The position numbers were made by a program, and so were the translations under genes. From assembly GCF_035594765.1 (NCBI RefSeq), contig NC_085842.1, positions 125,749,036 through 125,813,035 on the forward strand: a stretch of DNA of 64,000 nucleotides. The letters run 5' to 3'. The stretch comes from Anolis carolinensis (Eukaryota). Positions 35,280-47,370 of the stretch are shown piece after piece; within the stretch, counting starts at the first letter, position 1; each line of letters begins with the position of its first letter. The notes beneath the pieces were generated by a model that was not told where the DNA came from, ran no database searches, and saw only the letters and a list, made by a program, of their open reading frames with translations.

Positions 35280-36650
35280 AAGAGATTTGCAGGATTCTTT
35301 GGAGGCAACTCTGATGGAATCATTCCAGGAGTTGAGTGCGACGTCTGTACACGGTCCACATTTCACAGGCATATAGCAGGGTTGGGAGGACAATAGCTTT
35401 ATAAACAAGCACCATGGTCTCCCTACGGATGTCTCGATCCTCAAACACTCTCTGCTTCATTTGGAAAAATGCTACACTCACAGAGCTCAGGCAGTGTTGT
35501 ATTTCAGTGTCAATGTTGACTTTTGTGAAGAGGTGGCTGCCAAGGTAGTGGAAATGATCAATATTTTCTAGTGTTACACCATTAAGCTGTATTTTTGGCA
35601 TTGCAGAGTAATTGGCTGGTTCCTGCTAGAAGAGCACTCTGGTTTTCTTGATGTTCAATGAGAGGCCGAGCATCTTGTATCTGCAAAGCTGTTTAGAGTG
35701 GCTTGTAGGTCTTCTTCTGAATGAGCACAGACTACGTTATCATCGGCATATTGAAGTTCGATAACAGATGTTGTGATCTTGGTTTTGGCTTTCAGTCTGC
35801 TGAGGTTAAATAGCTTGCCATCGGTCTGATAGATGATTTCAACACCGGTGGAAATCTTCCCATCAACAAGATGAAGTATCATAGCGATGAAGATGGAGAA
35901 TAAGGTTGGGACACTAACACATCCCTGCTTGACACCTGATTTCACCTTAAATGGGTCACTTTGGGAGCCATTGCTGTCCAAGACTGTTGCCATCATGTAA
36001 TCATGGAGGAGCCACAATTTTTTGGAGGATAGTCCAGAGAGCACTGCAATTCACTGTGTCGAATGCCTTTGCAAGGTCAATGAATGCCATGTACAGAGGT
36101 TGGTTTTGTTCCCTGCATATTTCTTGGAGCTGTCGTGCAGTGAAGATCATGTCCACAGTTCCTCTGTAGGGGCGGAAGCCGTTCTGGGATTCTGGGAGGG
36201 TATCTTCAGAGACAAGTAGAAGGCAGTTTGCAAGGATTCTTGTGAGGATTTTTCCTGCGAAGGTTAGAAGAGAGATAACTTGATAATTTCCACAGTCTGT
36301 TCTATCCCCTTTCTTGAAAAGAGTGATGATAGTGGCACCCTTGAAGTCTGCTGTGATTTTCTCGGTCACTCACACTTTTTCAATGAGCGGGTGGAGTTGT
36401 TGTATCAGCTCAGGTCCACCCTCTTTAAAGATTTCAGCAGGGATCCCATCAGGTCTGCTGGCTTTGTTATTTTTTTGTTGTTGTTGGCTGATGGCCTTGC
36501 TGACTTCCTCCAGACTAGGCAGTGCTCCAAGCTCATACCTGGTTTGTTGTTGCAGTATTTGTGAGAGAATCTCTTTGGCCACATTGGAGTTGCGATTCAG
36601 AAGATTTCGGTAGTGCTCTCTCCAACTGAGGGGATGCTGAAATAAGTTCA
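35280..36650 (-). mobile_element. RTE-clade LINE RT region, pseudogenised
   Basis: LFKKGDRTDCGNY, QNGFRP.RGTVDMIFTARQLQE, FIDLAKAFD, GVKQGC and LQYADD; stops, frameshifts and deletions present. Confidence 0.97.
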
Positions 36651-36979
36651 CCTCTTAATATTGGGGCTCCAATAGTTGGGTGAGACTTCAGTAGGCAGCA
36701 CAGGAAGCAAGTCAGTTAATGGCCTCTCCCTTCTCTCCCCCCCCCCCCCCCCGGGCCTGGGAAGTCTTTCTCCTAAGACGCAGGAACTGGTGTGGGGGTT
36801 AATGATTTTAAAAATGCATCTCCATGCCTGGTCCATTCTCATCCGAGCTGAAATGGAATACAGTGGCCTCACTCTGTGGCACAAGTTAGAAAAGGGATCC
36901 TGTTTTTCCTCACATAGCACCTGGGAATAATGGAATACATTAGGCAATCAGTGTGTGGCTTTCATGTGGCAGGTGCTTT

Positions 36980-37243
36980 AGAATTTCAATTCCAGAGAAA
37001 CATAGTTTCATCTTTCTATTCTTATTCTTCTTATTAATCATTTATTTATATAGTGCCATGTATTAGGCTTTCAATGTCAGGGAAGCATAGGTTCATATCT
37101 TATTTATTTATTTAGCACCATGTATGAGGCTTTCAATATCAGAAAAACATAGTTATATTTATATCATTGCAAATGATCCTTTGAAGGCAACCGTAAAGCT
37201 GATGTGGTCCTCTGTGAAAACGAGTTTGATGCCCCTGACCTAC
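36980..37243 (+). mobile_element. Three degenerate tandem units (tttcaat..ag..aaacatag.t.at) followed by a hAT-like terminus
   Basis: Units near 36984, 37069 and 37130; the region ends gagtttgatgcccctg. Confidence 0.45.
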
Positions 37244-37947
37244 AGTATCAGAACCATTATCATTGACAAACTGTACATGGAAATCTCAGCTCTACTCTTG
37301 TTGTGATTGTAAGTATCCCATAAGCATCTGGTTGGCAATTATGTGAACTGAATGTTGGACTAAATAGGACTTTCATCTGATCCACCAGGGCTCTTCTTAT
37401 GTTTTTTTTCTAAATTATATAGTTATAGTTCCTGAATGAAATTGATTGTTTAGATCCATTTCAATCTGGCTTCAGGTTTGGCTGTAGGGCAGACAGCTTT
37501 GGTCATCTTGTTAGATAATCTAGGCAAGGAATCCTTGGAGAGGATGTCGCTATAATAAATGTATGCTTGGTGCCCAGCCATGTATTTCTGTTCAAAAGAG
37601 AACCAGGATACAAAGGGAATAAATGATGAGGCATGGGCATTATCGCAGTATCCAAGGACAGAATGAAGTGTCTTAATATTGGAGAAAACAAATAACACTT
37701 GGGTCAAAATGAAATCAAGATGTGCCAATACAACATCTCTACTGTGTTTTATGTGACTAGCATATTTATTCCCACTCAGTGGTAGACAGTGATTATAATT
37801 GTCATAAGAATTATTTTAAACTTCAGAGATGACACTCTTAGTAGTTAGATTCCATAGAAATGAATCTATAGTTAGCAGAAGGATTTGTTTAGCTGCCACT
37901 GGTTCCTCAAGAGAATTGGTTACAACTAGGAAAACAAGTGTTATTCG

Positions 37948-38087
37948 ATGTGTTGTCGAAGGCTTCCATGGCCAGGATCACAGGGTTGTTGTGTGTTTTC
38001 TAGGCTGTATGGCCATGTTCCAGAAGTATTCTCTACTGACGTTTCACCCACATCTATGGCAGGCATCCTCAGAGGTTGTGAGGTATA
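37948..38087 (-). mobile_element. Truncated Penelope-like terminal fragment
   Basis: tgtgttgtcgaaggcttccatggcc...ggcatcctcagaggttgtgaggtat; near-identical to 39586-39723. Confidence 0.92.
38035..38075 (-). ncRNA. Hammerhead ribozyme copy with weakened helices
   Basis: rc CCU CUGAGGA U GCCUGC cauagau GUGGGU GAAA CG UC AGU; the core is intact, the helix II closing pair is G-U, and helix I has a mismatch. Confidence 0.6.
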
Positions 38088-39170
38088 TAATCTACCACTG
38101 AGTGGGAATAAATATGCTAGTCACATAAAACACAGTAGAGATGTTGTATTGGCACATCTTGATTTCATTTTGACTTTTTCTTTCATAAATTGGCTATGAT
38201 CAGAATTTTTACAGATCAATGCAAAAACAATTAAAAGACAACCACCACCACCACCACCACATTCAAGTGAAACAAAAATGATTGAATCCCCCATTGTATT
38301 CATAGCCATTTCAAAAGAAGCCCTTCAGAAGCTCTAGCATGTAAGTTTGACATTTTTAATAGAGGGACTCTGATTTGCTGGTGTAGAAATGTCATTTTCT
38401 AAGATGCACCAACCCTCAGGTCATATTGCTGGAAATATAATTGAGCAGATTCAGGGACTCGAAGGATTTCTAATGAGAAAAGGGGTTTTAATAGCTAGGT
38501 CATCAGTTCAAATCCAGGCCAAATGAATCATCTCAAGTCGGTGGGATATCCACTAATAATCACCACTTAGTAATGTGTCTAATACTAGAGGCCTGTATTT
38601 GAAAATGTCAGCTGAGGTATTTAATCAGAAAGCATGTTGAGTAAGTACTATTTACAGAAGAGATATTATGCTTCTTAAATGGTTGGGGTAAAACATGGCA
38701 TCTGTGTTACTTTGGCGATATGTAATTAGACTGCTTACATCTACTTAAAGAATTTTGTGGCCTCACTCCAGGTCATAATTATAGATGTGTTGTGTTCATG
38801 TGCTAAGCACTGAGACAGAAAGCTTAATATGGGATATAATTCCATTTGCTAAACACATTTCACTTCCCTGAGGTGTGATAAAGGCCACTATTCAAGAATG
38901 GAGGGAGGGGGTACCCTAATAATTTTAGGGCTTTCTCAAGATTGCCATATTGATTCTGAGACTCCTGTTTCCACTTTCTCATGATGGTTGCTCAGAAGCA
39001 AAAGGAGTTTGAATCAAAGGGTTAAATATGTAAGACCAGCATTCCCTCCCATAGTAGTCAACTAAATTCCTACAGAAAATCCCAAAACTGGACATGTAGG
39101 CAATTGTTTCTCCTGTTTCCCTCCCAACAGCAGTTATTCACCCAGTATTTGACCATAGGTGTTCCATATA

Positions 39171-39402
39171 CAGTACAACTCTTGCATCTCCTGGAGATGC
39201 ACTCCAAGACCACCTCAGGGGATACCTGGAAACACTGGTAATAACAAACCCTACATTTTGACTACACTCTGGCTTAAAGTATATCATAAACTGGCATAGG
39301 AGAACCTAGAAAGGTCAACTAACTATTCCAAGGGGAATATATTTGGAATCATCAGTAAGTGAAACTGTGGATATCAAATTTGGGGATAAAAGAGTTGTAT
39401 CA
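39171..39402. mobile_element. Tigger-like MITE
   Basis: TA-flanked cagtacaactct / agagttgtatca. Confidence 0.6.
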
Positions 39403-39585
39403 TACTAGAGGTGTGCAAAGGGGCTGAAATCCAGTTAGTAATTTGTTTCAGAGATTCAGATGGCTCCCACTTCATCTCATAAAGAGTCGGAGGGTTCCCA
39501 TTTCTATTAGAAATCCAAATCTCTGAAGCTTCGTAATTGTTTTAAGATTTGTTCCATTAGGGGCAATGGAGAACATTTTGAGGCT

Positions 39586-40172
39586 TGTGTTGTCGAAGGC
39601 TTTCATGGCCGGGATCACAGAGTTGTTGTATGTCTTTCGGGCTGTGTGGCCATGCTCCAGAAGTATTCTCTCCTGACGTTTCGCCCACATCTATGGCAGG
39701 CATCCTCAGAGGTTGTGAGGTATGGATAAACTAAGTAAGGAAAGGAAAGAATATATATATATCTATCTATCTATCTGTTGAGAGTCCAGGGTGTGGCAAG
39801 AGTCCTTTGTCACTGGGAAGCCAGCATTAATGTTTCAGTTAATCAACCTAATTAGCATTGGAAAGGTTTTGTCTCTTGCCTGGGGGCATCCTTTGTTCAG
39901 TCATTAGCTGTCCTCTGCCCTCAGAGTGTTGGTCCCCATCTACTGTTTTGATTTTAGAATTTTTTAATACTGGTAGCCAGATTTTGTTCATTTTCATGGT
40001 TTCTTCCTTTCTGTTGAAGTTGTCCACATGCAGAGCACTTGATGAACCAGCCTGGACACAGTATATTATTTGAGAACACAGAAATGCTGGACAATTCCAA
40101 CAACTATCATGCCAGACTACACAGGGAAGCCATTGAAATCCACAAACGTGGACAACTTCAACAGAAAGGAAG
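39586..40172 (-). mobile_element. Penelope-like element fragment with inverted 5' segment (minus 39586-~40031, plus ~40030-40172)
   Basis: Minus strand: HVDNFNRKEETMKMNKIWLPVLKN. Plus strand: AEHLMNQPGHSILFENTEMLD..LHREAIEIHK, the C-terminal part of the GIY-YIG endonuclease. Confidence 0.93.
39672..39712 (-). ncRNA. Minimal type I hammerhead ribozyme in the Penelope-like terminal repeat
   Basis: rc CCU-CUGAGGA-U-GCCUGC-cauagau-GUGGGC-GAAA-CG-UC-AGG: CUGANGA, GAAA and GUC triplet present; helix I CCU/AGG; 6-bp helix II; palindromic ACGU helix III. Confidence 0.85.
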
Positions 40173-40501
40173 TATGTTACATTGAAAAAAATGCTCCAAA
40201 ACAACAAATCTAAAAAAAAATCTAAAAAATCTAAAAAAACAAACAAATCTAAAACAAAACTAATCTCCTTGAAATGTTTCAGAGGCTTCAGTTTTGATTA
40301 GTAATGCTTAGGAGGGATCCCTTTCCGATTAGTAATTCAATGATTCGTATTAATGAATCATATAAATCTCTGAGTTACGAAATGGAGCTCCGAAGCTTTG
40401 CACAGGCCTATACCATAAATGTAACATTCATTGGTAGCCTTTTTTCTGCATGAATCTTTTGACCTGTCTTTAAAAGCATCTAAGCTAGCGTCAATTTCTT
40501 A

Positions 40502-41880
40502 TCATGTTTCCCCTAAAATAAGACCTCCCCAAAAAATAAGACCTAGCAGGGGTTTGGGGGGATTGCCAAATATAAGGCCTCCCCTGAAAGTAAGACCTAG
40601 CAACTAAGGCTGCAGGAGAGTTCCATTGGGAAGCATGGCTGCAGGACTAAAGCAGCACTCATACACAACGGAGGGAGGGAGGGAGAGAAAGTGCTTGCTT
40701 TCTGTGCCTCCCTGCCTTGCCTTGCCTTTCCTGTTCCCCCAGCCGCGGCTTGAAAAACCTTCCGTGGCTGCTGCTGCGCTGCCGTTTCTTCCTTCCGAGA
40801 GAAGGCTCCGTCCTGACCATGCTCGCTTCGCCCCCAAGGCTTCTGATTGGCTCCTGGAGCCAGGGCAAGGGAGGGTGGGAGGGAAGGAAGAGGGCTTTCC
40901 ACTCGTCCTGCTACTTCTGCTTCTTAAAGGTACAGGACGCATAGGGATTCTCCTCTCATCCTTATTCCTATCCTATGCCATGAAACTTATTATTTTATAC
41001 TATTATTCTATTACCATATTATTATCATCATATTCTGTTACTATTATTATATCCCATTATTATATTATCCTATTAATATATTTTATATCATTATATTACA
41101 TTTTTCTATTATTATATCATTATATTATTATTCTATTATTATTCTATTATATTTTCATATTATTATATTATTATTCTGTTATTATTATATTCCATTTTAT
41201 ATTATCCTATTAATATATTTTATATCATTATATTCTATACTATTATTCTATTATATTATCATATTATTTTATTATTATTAGCATATTCTGTTATTATTAT
41301 ATTCCATTTTATATTATCCTATTAATATATTTTATATCATTCTATTCCATTCTATTATTCTATTCTATTATCCTATTATTATATTATTATGCTATTCTGT
41401 TATTATATCCCATTATTATATTATCCTATTAATACCATATTATTATCATATTCTGTTATTATTATATCCTATTATTATATTATCTCATTAATATATTGTA
41501 TATCATTATATTATTATTATATTATCATATTATTATTATAGTATATTATATTATTCATCATTCATGACTACATTGAAACTAGAATAGAGAGAAATCAGCG
41601 TTGAAACCTTGTGAACCCTAAACTGCAAGAGGTACCATAGATTGTTGTACATGTAAATAATGGTAGTAACAAGAAATTCTTGATAGGATTCATAGTTTGG
41701 TTATGCTGGTTTGTGATGACAACTACTTTACAGTATATAATAAATGTTCATTTTGTTGTTCAACAATAAATGTGAGCTCTTCTTCATGGAAAAATAAGAC
41801 ATCCCCTGAAAATAAGACCTAGTGCATCTTTGGGAGCAAAAATTAATATAAGACCCTGTCTTATTTTCGGGGAAACAGGG
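40502..41880. mobile_element. Tc2/pogo-like non-autonomous element with GC-rich cargo and an AT-rich minisatellite
   Basis: TA-flanked TIRs tcatgtttcccctaaaataagac / gtcttattttcggggaaacaggg; subterminal aaaataagac repeats. Confidence 0.88.
40985..41560 (+). repeat. Degenerate (TAT)n-derived minisatellite
   Basis: Recurrent atattctgttattattatat.ccatt..atattatcctattaata units. Confidence 0.9.
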
Positions 41881-42809
41881 TATTGCAGAATTAAATTCTC
41901 TACATTTTATTTTTCAGCTGTATGAGAAAGTAATTTTATATTCGTGCAGTCACTCTCAGGGAGATGCGATGAAAGTAGGCTCTCCTACCCTTTTTTACTT
42001 ATGACCACTGTCAAGTAACTGACACTTTATAGGGGAGTGTCCATAAGCATCTAAATGACAGAAGGAAACCATTTATATTGTGATATCCATTTAAGGCTGA
42101 TCTCTTTGGATGTCATGAAGGATTCACAAATATATTTAACAGCTGAGGGAATGAAAGTGTCAACTACATAATCGTTCAGCTTCTGTGAGCACAGTGGAAT
42201 GTCACTTTGTCTAGAGAAAACACAGGGCAAAGGATCAGGAGAAACAAAGTGGCAAAGGAGACAGCTGCATAGAAATCAGTCCCAGGAGATAAAGCTAAGT
42301 TAAATAGGCTCCCAGATTCTGTCTTAGCAGCCATGATCTAAAGGACTAATATGGTCACTGAAACAGCTATGACCATCACCATTGAGTAACAATTCCAAGG
42401 AAAGATGGATAAAAAGAGAATGGTTTGAGGCATTTCATTTGTTTATTTAATTGTAAACTGCTTTTCTTTCAAAGTTGGAAAACAAGGTGGCCTAGAACAT
42501 ACAAAAACACATCTGAATGACACAATAAAATACCCCTGTATCAAAGTAGAATACATTCCAGGACTACCTGTGTGTACCTGAAACCATGGGTAAGAGCCCA
42601 TTTTTAATTGTAATTGGCCTCAAAGGAAACCATAGAATCATACTGAGGATCTAGCGAGACGCACAAACTCAGAGGGGTAATATTGTGAATAAATGAAACC
42701 TGGATATTGAATCCATTAATAAGCGGATCATGCTGTGCACACTAAATGAAAACATGCATTAAAAATAAACACATCACATTAGTAAAAACATCATCACAAT
42801 ATATAATTG

Positions 42810-43373
42810 GAGTGCTATGAGTCCACTTTAACTGCCATGGCAGCATCCTATGGATTCCTGGGATTTGCAGTTTAAGGAGGTATATTTAGAATTTTAGCAC
42901 ACAAATCTCACTGGACCACTGGCTAATTTTATTTGCCTTCTATGGCTGCTATGGTTTATTTTAAATTACAATTGATTTTAGATAGTTTTTATACATCTTA
43001 ATCATCTAATTGTCTGGGGCACATGTTTTTAGTGTAAGTTTAGTGTAATTTATGTGTTGTTAATGTAATCATGTTTTATCTAATTCTTTGTTTTTATTAT
43101 CCTATTTCTATTTTTATTTTCTCATTAGGTATACGTTTTTGATGTTATTATGTTTATTTCTGTGAAACTTCTGCATTGGATGTTTGCCCTTTTTTTGTAT
43201 GCAAACTGCCCTGAGTCCCCTCGGAGAGAGCGGGCGGTCTATAAATAAAGTATTTATTATTATTTATTTATTAGCTCTAATGACTCACCAAACTGCAAAT
43301 CTCAGGATGCCATAGGATGGACCATGAGAGTTAAAGTGGAATCAAAGTGCTATAACAGTGTAGTGTGACAGGG
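42810..43373. mobile_element. Harbinger-like palindromic MITE split by an L2-type 3' end (~42910-43272, +)
   Basis: Arms ccactttaactgccatgg..catcctatgg..gggatttgcagttt / aaactgcaaatc..cataggatg..gttaaagtgg; internal gccctgagtcccctcggagagagcgggcgg tail. Confidence 0.75.
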
Positions 43374-44782
43374 CTCAAAGACCAGTGGTTCCCACCTTTG
43401 GTTCTCACTCCCAGATAGTAAACTATAATTGAATGACAGACATTGTAGTCCAACAACATAGCTGCCTTGGATCTCATATTGGGAGAAAGCTAGAATACAA
43501 ATTAGATTAACAAGCATACATTTGAGGTACAACTTTGGGACTTGCCTTAATCTCATTTGAATGTGTCCTACAAATGGCATAGCTTATTTGTAAAAGAGAC
43601 TATACAAGTGGGGCATTTGTAATACAAATTAGCATTTTAGTGGTTGCAATTTTTTTTTGAAATAACAAAACTACTGCAGACATACTTCATGTCTCATATG
43701 TGAAATAAAACACCCACACTTCTATTGCATGGAAAAAAACGGCTAAGTCTGATGAACAATTGTTGCCACTCCACTGGCAAATGGGGTAATCTGTTTCCAG
43801 TGTTGTCAAAACAAAACCTTTTGATAATTTTAAAGCACTTTAATTTATTTTTAGAAGAAGGAAAAGGACAGCATCTATGGTTAAGCAAGCACTTCATTAC
43901 CTCCCTGTCTTTGGTCATAAATTACTGTTTACCTGTCAGCTCAAATCCAAACACCCACAAGGTACACTTTGAAGTTAACCTATTGAATATAAAGAGTTGT
44001 TTAAAGAGCTGTTAAAGAGCAGCTTGATCATCAGACGAGGCTCTTTGAAGTTGTAAGCTAATGGCAGATTATTTTTATTACGAGTGATCAAGCAATTAAT
44101 GAGATAAAATAGTGGGAAGACAGGCTTAATAGAATTATTGTGGCTCAATCACAGGCTAAACCTTCCATCACACTCTGGGAAAAGGAACTGAAAACAAGCA
44201 AGAAATTGGGTTGCATAAGTTCAAGGGGAAAAAAATAAAGGGGAAGAAAGAAGCCGTCAACTTAAAAAAAGAAAGAAAGAAAAGAAACAGCAGCTCTTTG
44301 TTAATATACTATGGCAGAACTAAAAATATTTAATGCCTGTCTTTCCTAATCCATCTCCAGTGAAGAAAACAGAGCCTTGTACACATGGACAGAAAAGAGC
44401 AATTTTACAAAGTATAGCAGCTATGCTGCAGACATATAGGACATTTGCTTCATGGACCATGGAAAAGTGGACGTTCATAAAACAAGAAGATGAAAGTTAT
44501 GCTATCTGGAGCTGCTATGAATAATCTTGATGAGAATTCGTGCATTCAGTATCTGAGCAGTGATACAGTATTGCCTCAGAAAACAGCATTAATTATGATG
44601 TAAAGACTAGCGCATTCTTTAAATATTCAACAGGGCAAAATTATTTGAACTAAAATTTGTTAAGTGTTCCAACAGAATAAGAATCTTAAGTGACACATGT
44701 TCATCACATTTGAAAACACAATTATCTGAAAATATGGTGTATACAAGCCTTCCAACATTCTGGCACCTCTAGATGTGTTGCA

Positions 44783-45040
44783 CAGCTTGAGTATTCCTTA
44801 TCTGAAATAGTAGAGACTCGATTTTTTCTTCTTCTTTTTTTGGAATACCTAAGCCTAAATCTTTTATTTCTTATGGACATAGCCTGAAGGGAATGTTATA
44901 CAATTTTTTAAATAATTTTGTGGATGAAACAAAAGTGTGTGTACACTGAACCACCACAAAGCAAAGATACCCAAATGCAAATTTTTGGATTTTGGGAGTA
45001 TTTCTGATTTCAGAATTCCAGATAAGGAATGATCAACCTC
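44783..45040 (-). mobile_element. Second Tigger4/MER46-like MITE
   Basis: catagcctgaagg..tatacaa..aataattttgtg.atgaaacaaa is the reverse complement of the 4964-5235 core; TIR-like ttgagtattccttatctg / cagataaggaatgatcaa. Confidence 0.72.
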
Positions 45041-45586
45041 TACTACAAATTCCTAGCCAACATGGACTTTGATATCTGGGGGATAACAGATGTAGAAAAG
45101 CTGGTTCAGGTGATCAGGAACAAACATTCATCTGAATCAAGATTGAGTGCTCCCCTCACCACTGCCCTCTCTTCTTCCTTCTCTTTTAAAAGAGGGAAAA
45201 GAAAGGTTCTGCTTATACTTCAAGAGTAAACTGCAGTTCCAAAGTATGTTCAAGCTCAGAAAAACATGGTTTTGTTCCAAACAAATGTGGTTTAGAAACT
45301 AGAATCACATTCTGATTTCAGATACTTGCTCGTTAACAAACTTTGCTTAAAACAACTACTAGTTCCCAGAGTTTGTATGTAAGGTGAATCTTTCATCCAA
45401 GGATTATAATGATCTCTATAAATATAATGATCAACTATAAATTCTTAACTATAAATCCTTTTTTAATTAGGGGTGGGGGTGGCAGTGTTTGATAACAGCC
45501 ATGCCCAAAAGATAAGACAAATACATGCAAAAAGACAAACTTCTATTTATTTTCATTGTACTTTTGTATGTCTTCTAATTGGATGC

Positions 45587-46661
45587 TGTCAATCTCCGCT
45601 GAAAAGTAGGGTATCAACCTAATTCATGTATTGATTAAAGCATTGGGCCAAGAACTCGAATCAACGTAATGTTATCGAGCAATTTAGAGCAGCATTGGAT
45701 AGTGAGATCCAAGCTGTGGGTTAAGCCTGGTGAGAAAAAGAAGCCAATAATTTCCAGAATATATCTCACCAAGTTGAAGCAGAAAGCCACCAAGTATTTT
45801 ATTTAATTTCAGCTGAAAATGATGCCAACCTGCGATAGTTCGCCAAAATAAGCTGAGATACATGACATAGAAAAACATGCACTTTTATACAGTTTTTAGG
45901 TTCAAAATTCCCACCGTGCAAGGTTGGACCCAGCCTTGCTGTGATTGGCAGGGGCTCCTGAAGAGGTGGGAGCTTGACATGCCTCGGCCAATGAGAGAGC
46001 TTCGCCTGCCTTCGATGCAAATTCTCCCTCTGTCCAATGATGAAAGAGGGGCTGGCAGGTCTCTGAACAATGGAGGAGGTGATGGCTGATGGTGGGATTA
46101 AGTATCCTGCTGTGTGGGGACAATAACCCTGTTGAAACTCTTATTGTCCTTTTGCACGTACAGTCTCTGATGAAGCCCAGTGTCCCAAACACTAAAAACC
46201 CCAGATAAGTCCAACAGAAAATATTTGTCTAATGGGTGGATTATGACTGGCCCTTCCTGGGCCCATTGTCAGATGGCCCAGCGAGAGTCTTGGGCCCTAC
46301 AAGCTGGACCTGTTCATTGATAAGGAGATTAACATAACAAGTCCCTTGAATTGGGGTCTGACACCTCGATGCCAGTTCCATTGTTCCAAAGTCAGCAGTA
46401 TCAATGATCTTGATGGGATTAGGTGATTCAGGATCTGGGGAGAGGAAGATGGTATTGTCCTTGAACAGCTGTGGCATATCTTGCTTCTCTGCGGAGAGGA
46501 TATGCCATTCATTTGAGATGATTAGAATGTCCAAAGGTTGCTCCATTCTTAAGTGGTCTGGCTTTGCCCTCTGAGGCTTAAGAAAGAGTCCATTGAGTTG
46601 TTGCAGATGGTGACCATAAGTCCATTAAGCAAGAATGTGGACCTGGGGCTGGCTTGTGACA
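45587..46661 (-). mobile_element. LTR-like sequence, boundaries uncertain
   Basis: The minus strand starts tgtcacaag, with CCAAT boxes, TATA gtataaaag (~45882-45890) and AATAAA (~45798-45803); tgtca/tgaca ends, but no TSD for this span. Confidence 0.55.
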
Positions 46662-47328
46662 CCCAGGTCAGAGTTCACAGCAAGGCCACTTGCTTCACTT
46701 TAAGTGGGGGCAAGATATCATAAAATACAATGATAATATATATATAAAATTGATAGGAGACACATGTGGGACTCACAATGGGGGAGAAGGGAGATCCAGC
46801 ATCCCCATTGTGTTGGGAGACATACACAAGTTTCAGCCATGGGGCTTTCAGGGGGCTTCGATCTCCCCTGTGTTTTGTATGGGGGATGAAGCAAGGGATC
46901 CTAGAGGTTCCCCAGCAGCCCAGCAGGCGAGAGGTTTTTGGGGTTCCCCTAGAACTGGGAGATAGCACAAGGAATACAAATAAATATATGAAATATAGGA
47001 CATAAAGCCTTGATTAAATGTACACACTATCTAACATGAAAAGGGTTTTTGTTGTTGTTGTTAGTGCCTTTGCAAATTGACCAAGACTTTACCCTTATTA
47101 TCCAGCCTGATGTCCTTTTCCTTTTCCAAAACTATAAGTTACTATCTTTTAATTGCTTGCTCAGTGGCATATGTCACAATTTCTAGCCTAGCCTCTCACA
47201 CAGGATCAGGCTCGTAATAAAATGGGGTTAGTTCCAATTATGCCACCCAGGGCTTCTTGGGGATACAGCTTATTGTCAGTGAAAAGGCTTCTGACCCATG
47301 GGTATACATTCTAGAATATTGCGGTTTG

Positions 47329-47370
47329 CGGGGGGGGGGGGGGGGGGGGGAGAGAGAGAGAGAGAGAGAG
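47329..47370 (+). repeat. Poly-G run followed by (GA)n microsatellite
   Basis: Read directly from the sequence. Confidence 0.95.

Larger units (their letters stand above)
37703..38174. repeat. Perfect 84-bp inverted duplication (37703-37786 and 38091-38174)
   Basis: Base-by-base comparison gives 84/84 reverse-complement identity. Confidence 0.97.
39406..40410. mobile_element. Non-autonomous DNA element interrupted by a Penelope-like element
   Basis: Imperfect TIRs tagaggtgtgcaaag / ctttgcacaggccta. Confidence 0.7.

Noticed and set aside
40626-41213. Longest ORF (195 aa) with a hydrophobic tail
   Set aside because: The tail is a translated TAT minisatellite inside a TIR element.
10527-47370. 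Recurrent homopolymer-to-dinucleotide junctions (G-run then GA at 10527 and 47329; C-run then CA at ~16806 and ~34806)
   Set aside because: A common outcome of microsatellite birth from homopolymers, with no shared flanks.
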